A stretch of 64,000 nt of DNA, taken from positions 1,105-65,104 of the IMG/VR virus record IMGVR_UViG_3300050132_000146. The stretch is one strand, 5' to 3'. Shown one piece after another: positions 28,324 through 36,968 of this stretch (the first letter of the stretch is position 1; the number at the start of each line of letters is the position of its first letter). The translations under genes were made by a program, and so were the position numbers. The DNA is from a virus. Lineage: Duplodnaviria > Caudoviricetes. The notes below the pieces were generated by a model, which saw nothing but the letters and a program-made list of their open reading frames with translations, had not been told where the DNA came from and did not search any database.

Positions 28324-28988
28324 GAAAAATGAAGAAAGTTCTAGACAAATGTGAAAGATGTGAGAAGTTGACTCGTTGTACTCAACATGAGGTTCTCTAT
28401 TCGCTAGTACCGGACAGAAATCTGAGATGATCGAATAGATTGAACCAGGACAGCCCAGACTTTAGCGAGTACTAGTCGCTAGAATCTGGGCTCTTCTATA
28501 CTCACGACCCAGACATTACTAACAGCGGCATTCTTGGCTGGCCGCTATATAAACCATACGAATCAAAACAACTCTGAAGGAGCACCGAACACTCGCCATG
28601 TAGCGAACCAGTAGACCCCACAGAGGCACCGCGCAGATTAGTTCTTTGCGGTATCAGCACGAAAACGTGTTGGAGTGGCCCACCGTCATTCTGACAGGCG
28701 CAGTGTTAACGGAGGTTTGGAGATGATTTACTCGATCATTGAGAGTTCCCTGTGCTGAGTCCACCACGTTCACCAAGACTGGCATGATTCCCGTCAAAAC
28801 ACATTGAGGATCAATTCTGAGAGAACATAGCCTTGTCGGGCTCAAGACACCAAAACAGAAAATCCTACTAGCAGGCTCCGTGACCTTGGCTCCAAACCAG
28901 AAGATCAGACTACTCGGAATACAGTCTATCCTATTAAAACAGGACGACTTTCCAAGCCTCACCATGCCCATTCACCACCCAGAAGCCA

Positions 28989-29426
28989 ATGAATATGAAG
29001 AAAGAGATGGATAAGACTGACACGAGGCAATGGTACAAGAACTACCTTCAAACGGATCACTGGAGAGAGCTGAGGCTCGCAAAGCTGGAGGACTCCAAAA
29101 ATAGATGCGAATGGTGTAAATGTAAAACTCGGCTTGAGGTTCATCATAAGCGATACAACGCATTCCATGAAACATTTGCCGATCTACAGGTCTTGTGCGA
29201 AGATTGCCATGAGCGCATACATGCTAAAGAAAAGCAAAAAGAGTCTGCTAAAAATACACCATCACCACAGGCCATCTCTTCTCGTGAGAAACACATTATA
29301 ACTGAGCTATGCGAGTCCATTAGATGCGCCACCAAAGCTGGAAATAAAACCTCAGTAAAAGCTTATAAGCTATTGCTTGAGTCCATTCAAACTGATGCTC
29401 AATCCATTTTACGACTTCTAAAATGA
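28989..29426 (+). CDS. HNH endonuclease
   Basis: 'YLQTDHWRELR...RCEWC...LEVHHKRY...DLQVLCEDCHERIH'. Confidence 0.88.
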   Translation: MNMKKEMDKTDTRQWYKNYLQTDHWRELRLAKLEDSKNRCEWCKCKTRLEVHHKRYNAFHETFADLQVLCEDCHERIHAKEKQKESAKNTPSPQAISSREKHIITELCESIRCATKAGNKTSVKAYKLLLESIQTDAQSILRLLK

Positions 29427-29743
29427 ACCTACCCGACATCATCCAGGCTACCCGCCACATCCGCACCGAAGCCGCCATCCGAGCAACCTCAAACGAACTC
29501 CTAGCCTGGGTTGCAGTAATGCCAGAACACCCGCTTTCCAACGAAGCCTACCTCGAAATCCACCGACGCGCCGGTACAACTCCCCACGTAATCACAAAGA
29601 CCATACACACCACCGCAGCCAAGCTCCCAATCCTCCTACGCATGAAACATTGGAACAAAAAGCTCTTGCAAACCATTGCAGATGAGAATAAGAGTGAGCT
29701 ATGGCGTGAATGCGCCAATGAAATGCTTAACAAAACCAAATGA
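29423..29743 (+). CDS. Hypothetical protein
   Basis: ATGA-coupled. Confidence 0.55.
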   Translation: MNLPDIIQATRHIRTEAAIRATSNELLAWVAVMPEHPLSNEAYLEIHRRAGTTPHVITKTIHTTAAKLPILLRMKHWNKKLLQTIADENKSELWRECANEMLNKTK

Positions 29744-29949
29744 ACCCCAATCAACCCCACCCCATGACCATCCCCGAAACAATCACCGCCATACGTTCCG
29801 GCCTCATAACATCAGTCACCGATGACGAGTGCCGAAACCTCTGCGCCTGGGCATACGGCCCAACCCCTCCCGTAAAGATCACCTTCTGTCCCCATGGAAT
29901 CCCGCACCGCTTCAACTGCGAGAAGTGCACAATGGAAGACGACTCATGA
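29740..29949 (+). CDS. Small Cys-containing hypothetical protein
   Basis: 'CPHG...CEKC'. ATGA-coupled. Confidence 0.5.
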   Translation: MNPNQPHPMTIPETITAIRSGLITSVTDDECRNLCAWAYGPTPPVKITFCPHGIPHRFNCEKCTMEDDS

Positions 29950-30101
29950 CCTACGACATCGAAATACGCACAGCCGGTTGTTGGGAAACCATCATGACCA
30001 CCGACAACCTCTCTGACGCCCTCTTTGAAGCCTCGCTACTCACCGCCTGCGTACGCGAGGAATGGATAAGGATCTGTACCCCAGACCTAAAGATCCTCTA
30101 G
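29946..30101 (+). CDS. Hypothetical protein
   Basis: ATGA-coupled, 51 aa. Confidence 0.45.
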   Translation: MTYDIEIRTAGCWETIMTTDNLSDALFEASLLTACVREEWIRICTPDLKIL

Positions 30102-30124
30102 CTGTTGACTCCACCCAACCCTAA

Positions 30125-30499
30125 ATGACCACTTTCCAACGACTATTCGCCCTTTCCGCAGCCATGGACGAATGCATCGAACTCGCCCGTGGTCAATACG
30201 CCGCCCAAGAAATAGCCCGCATGGGCGAATGGGGCAAGCACGAAGTAGCCCAGATGGGTCCGACCGCAATGGCAATCCTCAAGCGTGACCCTAAAGCCTA
30301 CCACGCCATTATCAACACCTCACTGGCCAAGTACGGTTTCCCCGAACTCCCCAAGGAGCATAGCAAGGCCATGGTTGGCATGGGTCGTGACCGCATCGCC
30401 AAGGCCATCCGTCGTCATCGCAACAAGGAGCCAATTGAGCCTGGATTTGGGCATGATGGTACGTACATCCACAACCCACTTGGAACGGGTAAGAACTAA
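30125..30499 (+). CDS. Hypothetical protein, candidate virion cargo
   Basis: GTTGAC 15 nt upstream. The N-terminal 'LSAAMDECIEL' resembles the head-protein motif. Confidence 0.7.
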   Translation: MTTFQRLFALSAAMDECIELARGQYAAQEIARMGEWGKHEVAQMGPTAMAILKRDPKAYHAIINTSLAKYGFPELPKEHSKAMVGMGRDRIAKAIRRHRNKEPIEPGFGHDGTYIHNPLGTGKN

Positions 30500-30594
30500 T
30501 GCCAGCCCTTACAAATGAAATTCTGGATACAAATACTCTGGTGGTCAATATGTAAAGAATACCACGAGAGAACTCGACTAATAATCTTCGGACC

Positions 30595-31062
30595 ATGCCC
30601 ACCTCCATATCCAATGCCAAAAAGTTTATCAGATCAGTTAAATCTGAGGGCGGGGTAAACAGGCTTGATGCGCTACTTGACTCCTGCCTAGAATTCGGCT
30701 CAGTCGCCCGCTCCCGCATCAAGATCATCACCATCACACACCCTTCAGGCTTCACCACACACCAAGCCCACATCGGTGACTCCCAACGCCACATCGGCAC
30801 AATAGGCGTTGAACCCTCAGGAGAAGTCAAGTGGTCCGGTATCCGCGAGAAGTTCCAGAAGATGGGTCTTGGCAAAAAGCTCTACGGTGAGGCAATGCGT
30901 CGTCGTCCTCAAGGCATCATGTCCTCCGACAAAGAGGAGATCAGCCAAGCCGCAAAAGGCGTCTGGAAGTCAATGTATAAAAAGCCCAGGTCATACCGCG
31001 TGTCTGAGGACAAGAGTGGTAACTTCACTGCTCAGATCCACCCGAAGGCGCTGATTAAATAA
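30595..31062 (+). CDS. GNAT-like acetyltransferase, candidate virion cargo
   Basis: Acetyl-CoA motif 'FQKMGLGKKLY' and 'SQAAKGVWKSM'. N-terminal 'LDALLDSCLEF'. Confidence 0.7.
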   Translation: MPTSISNAKKFIRSVKSEGGVNRLDALLDSCLEFGSVARSRIKIITITHPSGFTTHQAHIGDSQRHIGTIGVEPSGEVKWSGIREKFQKMGLGKKLYGEAMRRRPQGIMSSDKEEISQAAKGVWKSMYKKPRSYRVSEDKSGNFTAQIHPKALIK

Positions 31063-31112
31063 GCCCTGGGTTATTCTAGCTAACCAAACGCTAACCTCTG
31101 GGTTATTTTCAC

Positions 31113-31155
31113 ACCCGCCCCGCCTCTTAACAATGCGTAATTGGGCGGGTTTTTT
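31113..31155 (+). terminator. Intrinsic terminator
   Basis: ACCCGCCC...GGGCGGGT followed by a T-run. Confidence 0.7.
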
Positions 31156-31205
31156 GTGTCAAAAACTACTTGACTTGTGTTTTGTCTGGTGGATTATAGG
31201 GCCAC

Positions 31206-31391
31206 ATGAAAACACTAGAACAAAGAAAAGAAGAATACCTTGAAGAGTTGGTTCAGGTTGGACGCCGCCATGGCTTCTCGTTATCACACGAAGATCAGCA
31301 TGGAGCATTTGAGGTAACGGTAAATTGGCCAGTGTACGAGAACTGGTTGCGTAATGCCCTTATTTCAAGGCAGCTTGAGAAATCATCTTGA
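31206..31391 (+). CDS. Hypothetical protein
   Basis: 'LSHEDQHGAFEV'. A TTGACT box lies upstream. Confidence 0.6.
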   Translation: MKTLEQRKEEYLEELVQVGRRHGFSLSHEDQHGAFEVTVNWPVYENWLRNALISRQLEKSS

Positions 31392-31429
31392 CACAACCAA
31401 AACCCGCCCCACATTAACCCCACCGCACC

Positions 31430-31720
31430 ATGCCCTTCCAAGACCTCTACCACCCAAACATCTACCGCCTACGCGGACCACTCCAAACACAGCAAGAAAC
31501 CATGCAAGAACCAAAAATCTCCGAAGCCCAATACATCAAGCTCACTAAACCAACCGTTAGCTACCCGCGACTCCAAGACCTGCCAAGAGCAGAGAGAATA
31601 GCCTTCCGTAAGGTATTGTGTGGCCAGACTGTTCCAATTGATCCGAACGATGATGTTCACGACCGCTACTACCCATGGGACTACAAACGCTGGAAAGCTG
31701 GGCTTCCTGTGATCGACTAA
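31430..31720 (+). CDS. Hypothetical protein
   Basis: 'GQTVP...YPWDYKRW'. Confidence 0.55.
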   Translation: MPFQDLYHPNIYRLRGPLQTQQETMQEPKISEAQYIKLTKPTVSYPRLQDLPRAERIAFRKVLCGQTVPIDPNDDVHDRYYPWDYKRWKAGLPVID

Positions 31721-31737
31721 ACCCCATCCCAAAACAT

Positions 31738-31947
31738 ATGAGACCACCATACCAACAGAGAATCGTTCAGGAACAAACTGACCTATGTGATAAAATCGCC
31801 CTCCTTGAGGCATTTATCAGCCCAGACGGAATCTGGGTCACACTACCACCAGCCGAACAAGAAAGAATGACGCGACAGCTCACACATATGCGCGAATACG
31901 CCAGAGCCCTCGGTGATCGTATTCATGCATTCCCACACCATGAATAA
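31738..31947 (+). CDS. crAss001_48-like conserved phage protein
   Basis: 'PYQQRIVQEQTDLCDKIALLEAFI...QLTHMREYARALGDRI'. Confidence 0.7.
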   Translation: MRPPYQQRIVQEQTDLCDKIALLEAFISPDGIWVTLPPAEQERMTRQLTHMREYARALGDRIHAFPHHE

Positions 31948-31968
31948 ACACTACATAGCCATCTCCTA

Positions 31969-32901
31969 ATGATCACAACCGGAACCGAACCACGACTAGA
32001 GTGCTCCTCGAAAGGAGATAAGCGCTTCTCAGCATTCTACGCACGCATACACAATCGTAACAACAAAACCATTGAAGAGATCTATCAAGCCAGTAAAGTA
32101 TTCGAAGATGGTTCCACCAATCTTTCTTGGCGAGAAGCCAAGGGTCGCAAGGCAGTAAATATGGACGAGTGCTCAACGCTATACTCCAAGCTATGGGATG
32201 AATACTTCTCGGCAAATCCAGACCTACTTACATTCATTAAGACATTCAACGGATTCACCGATATTTTCGGACAACCCGGACACTGCTGTCAAGCAACCGA
32301 GGTCCACCGCATCGCTAATCAATCTAAAATGACACCAAAACACTACATCGCCATCGACACCGAAACAGGTGGCCTAGACCCCTCTCGCTGCGCCCTCCTC
32401 TCCATCTCCTGCGTCTCCTCCCGTGGCCCAACCTTCTCTCGACACATCTACCCACCTCAGGGCGACGTAGACGCACGCGCAGCGGAGGTTTCTGGCTACA
32501 CACCAGAGAAGTGGATTGAGCGTGGCGCGGTGCCCTTAAAACAGGCTCTGGATGAAATGCGCGAATGGTTCAAAGAAGTTAATAATGAAAAGACTGCCGA
32601 AGTGGTTGCCCATAATGCCAAATTCGATCAGGACTTCATTCATCAGGCCGTAATACGTACTGGCTTCGGTGTTCGACGAAGCATTGAGTGGACATGCACC
32701 AAAAAGAGGCTATCAAACTTCAAAGCCAAGCGCTACATGACCGGAACCGCCAAACTCGACGATCTCGGAACCCTCTCTGGTTTCTGGCAACTCGAACCAC
32801 GCTTATCCGCTCACGATGCCCTCCAAGACGCCCGCTGTTGCCTGCACGGTGCGATTTGGCTTGACGAACAGGAAAAGATCAATACATTAACTCCGCAATG
32901 A
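31969..32901 (+). CDS. Fusion of a NADAR-like N-domain and a DEDDh 3'-5' exonuclease
   Basis: N-domain: 'LECSSKGDKRFSAFYA..TIEEIYQASKVF'. C-domain: 'IAIDTETGG', 'AHNAKFD', 'AHDALQD'. Confidence 0.8.
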   Translation: MITTGTEPRLECSSKGDKRFSAFYARIHNRNNKTIEEIYQASKVFEDGSTNLSWREAKGRKAVNMDECSTLYSKLWDEYFSANPDLLTFIKTFNGFTDIFGQPGHCCQATEVHRIANQSKMTPKHYIAIDTETGGLDPSRCALLSISCVSSRGPTFSRHIYPPQGDVDARAAEVSGYTPEKWIERGAVPLKQALDEMREWFKEVNNEKTAEVVAHNAKFDQDFIHQAVIRTGFGVRRSIEWTCTKKRLSNFKAKRYMTGTAKLDDLGTLSGFWQLEPRLSAHDALQDARCCLHGAIWLDEQEKINTLTPQ

Positions 32902-33055
32902 ACACACAACACTACTGGCAAGCCTTCCGCGAAGGCTACCACTCAACCGAAAGTAGAAACCCGTACATCTTCTACCCTCACGGATTCGGAGAGTCGGTAG
33001 CACTAGCGGCAGCTTGGACTAAAGGACGCGACGAACAAATCAACCAAAACTGCAA

Positions 33056-33406
33056 ATGAAAAAATCAGCAATATTTGAGATAATTTTGAGTTCGTTCCCA
33101 AACTTGGTATTCCCATCATGGGAGCCCGAGGAACAACCCGAACCACCCGCCATCCTTGCTGAAGACGCTAAATCAATGTCTGAACTTGGTAAGATCTCAG
33201 CGGAAAAGGAAAGGTTAAAAGCCAAGAAAGAAGCCAGAGATAAGGTGTTTTGGTGGATTCGGTACTCTGCTGAAAATGGCAAAAACCAACGCAGATTTCA
33301 CGATCCAATCGCTCCAGAAACCAAACAAGAACTACTCTCTCTTGGGTACAAGATCGAAGAGACTGAAGGAACCATAACAGACAAGTTAACAATCGTATCC
33401 TGGTAA
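33056..33406 (+). CDS. Hypothetical protein
   Basis: 116-aa ORF ending 'IVSW'. Confidence 0.6.
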   Translation: MKKSAIFEIILSSFPNLVFPSWEPEEQPEPPAILAEDAKSMSELGKISAEKERLKAKKEARDKVFWWIRYSAENGKNQRRFHDPIAPETKQELLSLGYKIEETEGTITDKLTIVSW

Positions 33407-33407
33407 A

Positions 33408-33665
33408 ATGAAAACCACACTAACACTTCTCACCTGCATTTTCCTATCCTCCTGCGGACCGGGATATTTCGATACACCACCAGCAAACGAAATCACCCTG
33501 CCAGCAAACCAGAAACTGATCACAGCGTCCGTAGACTCACTGGGATACGTTACGGTCTTAACGCGAGAGTTCTATTTGTATGATCAGCCAGAAAAGAAGT
33601 ACCTTCGTGAGTACAACATAACTCACAACAAGGTTAAGATCACCATCATCCAAGAAACCCGATGA
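33408..33665 (+). CDS. Putative lipoprotein
   Basis: Signal peptide with the lipobox-like 'FLSSC'. Confidence 0.65.
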   Translation: MKTTLTLLTCIFLSSCGPGYFDTPPANEITLPANQKLITASVDSLGYVTVLTREFYLYDQPEKKYLREYNITHNKVKITIIQETR

Positions 33666-33780
33666 GCCTACTCCGAAAACTCCGCGAGTACGCATATGTC
33701 TCCTCAATCACCGTCCTTGGCCTCGTGATCTGTATTGGGTTCATTGAGTGCTCACGAAAGACGATTCAACTACTCACACC

Positions 33781-34035
33781 ATGAATAAACAACAAATCGG
33801 CATCTGCTCAATCTGCGGTGGTAACGTAACCGTGGAAACCATGTACTACTCAGTCATCCCGCCAACCCCACGCTGCGAGCGCTGTGGCTCTCATCGTGCT
33901 CCATACGGACCCATCATCCCAATGATTCCATGGCACCCACAATATACTCCGCATCCTGGCTGGCATTCAGACAGACCGTGTGATCCGCCATGGTTTATCA
34001 CATCAACCATACCACACTCAACCTGCATTTGCTGA
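33781..34035 (+). CDS. Zinc-ribbon hypothetical protein
   Basis: 'CSICGG...CERCG'. Confidence 0.6.
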   Translation: MNKQQIGICSICGGNVTVETMYYSVIPPTPRCERCGSHRAPYGPIIPMIPWHPQYTPHPGWHSDRPCDPPWFITSTIPHSTCIC

Positions 34036-34036
34036 T

Positions 34037-34258
34037 ATGCAATCTAAGCTAAACTCATTCATCGAATCCCTCTGGAACGTAGCAATCGGCTTCTCAATAA
34101 ACCTCGTCGCCCAGATCCTGATCTTCCCGCTCTACGGCATCCACCTCCAAACACACCAGAACTTCACAATGGGACTCTGGTTCACCGGAATCTCAATCGC
34201 CCGCTCCTACTTCCTCCGTCGCTACTTCACCAAACGAACTGAATCACCCAAATGCTAA
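34037..34258 (+). CDS. Small phage membrane protein (DUF7220-like)
   Basis: 'QSKLNSFIESLWNVAIGF...FTGISIARSYFLRRYF'. Confidence 0.8.
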   Translation: MQSKLNSFIESLWNVAIGFSINLVAQILIFPLYGIHLQTHQNFTMGLWFTGISIARSYFLRRYFTKRTESPKC

Positions 34259-34452
34259 ACACATCCGCCGAATATAACGTCGCCCTCTCTCGCATCATAG
34301 CCATGCCGTTCAAGGAAGCTCTCTACCTCGCATCCTACGCCAAGCAAACCCTTCTTCGCCTAGCCGCACAGCAGGTAATTGAGATGTATGAGGAAGGCGC
34401 GCTTCAGAAGCGTCCAGAAGACCTAACCTACTACGATGACACTGAGTCATGA
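34252..34452 (+). CDS. Hypothetical protein
   Basis: Overlapping packed ORF. Confidence 0.5.
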   Translation: MLNTSAEYNVALSRIIAMPFKEALYLASYAKQTLLRLAAQQVIEMYEEGALQKRPEDLTYYDDTES

Positions 34453-34626
34453 GCCTTGACTACACCGCCATTCGCAACTCCATCGAAGACCTTCCCTGGC
34501 ACAAGATCCTCTGGCTGTCCAAGAACGCCAACATCCCAATGTACCGCTCAGCCGCGAAGGAAATAGTTGCGGAACATGATAAAAACCTCTTGACCGAGGA
34601 GAAAGAGTCAGCACATTAAGACCCAC

Positions 34627-34923
34627 ATGAAAATCACCCACTATCAATGCGATTGCTGCCACCAACCAATCGACGCAACGCTCCCAGCAGACCGTCCGTC
34701 AAGTATCAAGATCGCAACCTCCTTCACCAAGGTTCACCCATTTAAGCTGAACCTTGACGAGTGCAATGACGCCAACAACCTCATAATATTTGAGATTGAA
34801 CACTGCTGTTATTCTTGTAGAAGGATGCTGTCAGATGTAATCACCGAACAGATCATCGCCATCCGACGCCACTTCAAAGTCGAAACCCTCAAGGCGGACA
34901 AAACTCTACCCGTAAAACAATGA
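34627..34923 (+). CDS. Cys-rich hypothetical protein
   Basis: 'CDCC...CCYSC'. A TTGACC box lies upstream. Confidence 0.6.
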   Translation: MKITHYQCDCCHQPIDATLPADRPSSIKIATSFTKVHPFKLNLDECNDANNLIIFEIEHCCYSCRRMLSDVITEQIIAIRRHFKVETLKADKTLPVKQ

Positions 34924-35079
34924 CCGAACTACCCGAAGCCTTCTGCAAGCTTCAAGAAGCCAACGACAACCTTCAAGACCAAGTAGACGAGCTTACCGTC
35001 AAACTTGCTAGATCTGAAGAAGACTACATCAAGCTCCAAGTAGCCTACCAAGCACTTAAACTCACATTCGACATCCTAA

Positions 35080-35304
35080 ATGAGCGCACCGAATAAAGTA
35101 CCATGCTCCGTGACGGACGCAGAACTTGCGGCGATTGAACGTCGTAGGGAGAAGATTAAGCTGGAGCTGAAAGGAATCCCTTGGGGCCATTCACTCTGTA
35201 CGGAATGCGGTTGTACGTATCCGAATACTCACCCAGATAGCTATCGCTGGATTCAGTCCAGGGCTTGGGGCCACTGCATTTGTCACCACTGCCAACCAAT
35301 CTAA
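35080..35304 (+). CDS. Zinc-binding hypothetical protein
   Basis: 'CTECG...CHHC'. Confidence 0.55.
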   Translation: MSAPNKVPCSVTDAELAAIERRREKIKLELKGIPWGHSLCTECGCTYPNTHPDSYRWIQSRAWGHCICHHCQPI

Positions 35305-35306
35305 CC

Positions 35307-35543
35307 ATGGCCGCACCAAAAAAGAAATCAAAAGCATATCATAATCTACCGAAGGAAGAGGGGTTCTTTTGGTATCAGGCAAGCCCAACCTCAAAGTGGC
35401 TACCACTACAGATCACCATTATGAATAACCAAATCTTCTTCTGGCTCTGGGGTTCACCGAACCACATTGAATCGCTTCCCCGTGATCATCCAGAATGTCG
35501 GTTTTCCAGTCGAATCGAAGAACCCCAACCACCAACACCATGA
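35307..35543 (+). CDS. Hypothetical protein
   Basis: 'PKEEGFFW' motif. Packed ORF. Confidence 0.55.
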   Translation: MAAPKKKSKAYHNLPKEEGFFWYQASPTSKWLPLQITIMNNQIFFWLWGSPNHIESLPRDHPECRFSSRIEEPQPPTP

Positions 35544-35818
35544 CTGCACAAAAGAAACCACAAAAGAGACTCTGGCGCTATAAGGGCGACGGAGAATCAA
35601 AGGGCGTAATCTATGAGATCCTCACCTTCAATCCAGCAGACGTTGGAGAGCCCGACATTAAGCAGCCACACAAGATCCTGTTCGCTTGGTCTCGCCCACA
35701 CGTAGGAGACGCAATTTTCATCCGAAACTGCTCAAAGCGCCAAGACAAAACTCCCATCGGCGGATTCTCCTGGGAGGGGAATTCCATCGACTTCATGAAA
35801 GTTTTCGAACCCGCTTGA
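35540..35818 (+). CDS. Hypothetical protein
   Basis: ATGA-coupled. Confidence 0.55.
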   Translation: MTAQKKPQKRLWRYKGDGESKGVIYEILTFNPADVGEPDIKQPHKILFAWSRPHVGDAIFIRNCSKRQDKTPIGGFSWEGNSIDFMKVFEPA

Positions 35819-35851
35819 CATTCACAAAACACACCGTAACATACACACATC

Positions 35852-36202
35852 ATGAAGACATTCAAAGCAAAGAAGCAACTACCAAAAGAACAGGTTGCAA
35901 TCATCGCCGAATCGGTTGTTCGGGACCATGGAATCCTGACAATTCAGGACGAGCTTGATCACCAAGCGCTACTAGGCTACCGCGCCCAAGAAGACATCCG
36001 ATACACGGAAAACGAACTCGTACGTGCCGCAACAGCCTACCTGCTCCACACGGTAGACTTCCCTGGTATGAGCACCTGGCCATTCCACCCGGAGTCGTTC
36101 AAGCCAGGGTCGAGGAAGCGTAACTTGGCTAAGGCCGGGGCGCTGATTGCTGCTGAACTCAACCGCATCAACCTTCTGGAGGAACAAGGTCATGCTTCTT
36201 GA
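35852..36202 (+). CDS. Conserved phage protein (ELxRAAxxY...WP...KAGALIxAExxR family)
   Basis: 'NELVRAATAYL...WPF...FKP..RKRNLAKAGALIAAELNRI'. Confidence 0.75.
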   Translation: MKTFKAKKQLPKEQVAIIAESVVRDHGILTIQDELDHQALLGYRAQEDIRYTENELVRAATAYLLHTVDFPGMSTWPFHPESFKPGSRKRNLAKAGALIAAELNRINLLEEQGHAS

Positions 36203-36431
36203 GGTTTGCGATAACGAAACGAAGGAAGCCGTTATGGCTCGCATTGGTGACTGCCAAATGGTCCCGATTGAACTGGCGGCGGAACTGCTAACCGTCACTG
36301 AGGACGATATTCGTCAAAGCGGTATGGAAGTTTTCTACTTCGAAGAATCCGATTCCCTCAAGATTCGCTTGACGACCCTGGAAAAGTACATTAACATCTC
36401 ATCCACGAAACTAAACATCACAAACGCATGA
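36192..36431 (+). CDS. Putative excisionase-like/HTH DNA-binding protein
   Basis: 'VPIELAAELLTVTEDDIRQ...IRLTTLEKYI'. Confidence 0.5.
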   Translation: MLLEVCDNETKEAVMARIGDCQMVPIELAAELLTVTEDDIRQSGMEVFYFEESDSLKIRLTTLEKYINISSTKLNITNA

Positions 36432-36688
36432 ATCAATCCGAGCAAGAAGCAGCCAACATCATCCTCTCAACAATCGACGGCGCAGACTGCCTAGATTGTC
36501 TCCTCAAGAAAATCGAAGCCTACAACCTCCTCATCGAAACCGCACACATGCGGGTTGATATTGAATTTGCTGAGCTTGATTTGATCATGGCGAACGACGC
36601 AGAGTATAACTCGTATGCGCCAGAGAATGTGATTGAGGTTAATTTCTCAGTCAAGGAACCAGAAGTTGAACACGATAACGAGGCTTAA
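36428..36688 (+). CDS. Acidic hypothetical protein
   Basis: ATGA-coupled. Confidence 0.55.
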   Translation: MNQSEQEAANIILSTIDGADCLDCLLKKIEAYNLLIETAHMRVDIEFAELDLIMANDAEYNSYAPENVIEVNFSVKEPEVEHDNEA

Positions 36689-36692
36689 TTAT

Positions 36693-36920
36693 ATGCAACC
36701 AGGAGACAAATTTTGGATTAGGTTCTGGAAGATTCCAGCAACAACGGTCGTGATTTTTACTGCTCTGGTAGTTCATCATGATGATATAGATACAGTAATT
36801 AAAAGGGGTTCTGAAATAGAAAAGCTTTCAGCACAAGTGGCAGAAATTCAAACCAAACTCGCCGAGCCGAAAACTCAGCAGCCGCCCTTTCCTCTTTTCG
36901 TACCCCACCTTGGAAACTGA
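36693..36920 (+). CDS. Small membrane-anchored protein
   Basis: One hydrophobic stretch followed by a coiled coil. Confidence 0.45.
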   Translation: MQPGDKFWIRFWKIPATTVVIFTALVVHHDDIDTVIKRGSEIEKLSAQVAEIQTKLAEPKTQQPPFPLFVPHLGN

Positions 36921-36968
36921 ACCACAAGAACCGTTTCCTGAAACACCGCATTTCGCAAATACACAAAA

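Noticed and set aside
28570-28640. Glycine riboswitch (GAAGGAGCA...CAGAGG resemblance)
   Set aside because: Only short word matches. The GGAGA and CTCAGG elements and a suitable downstream gene are missing.
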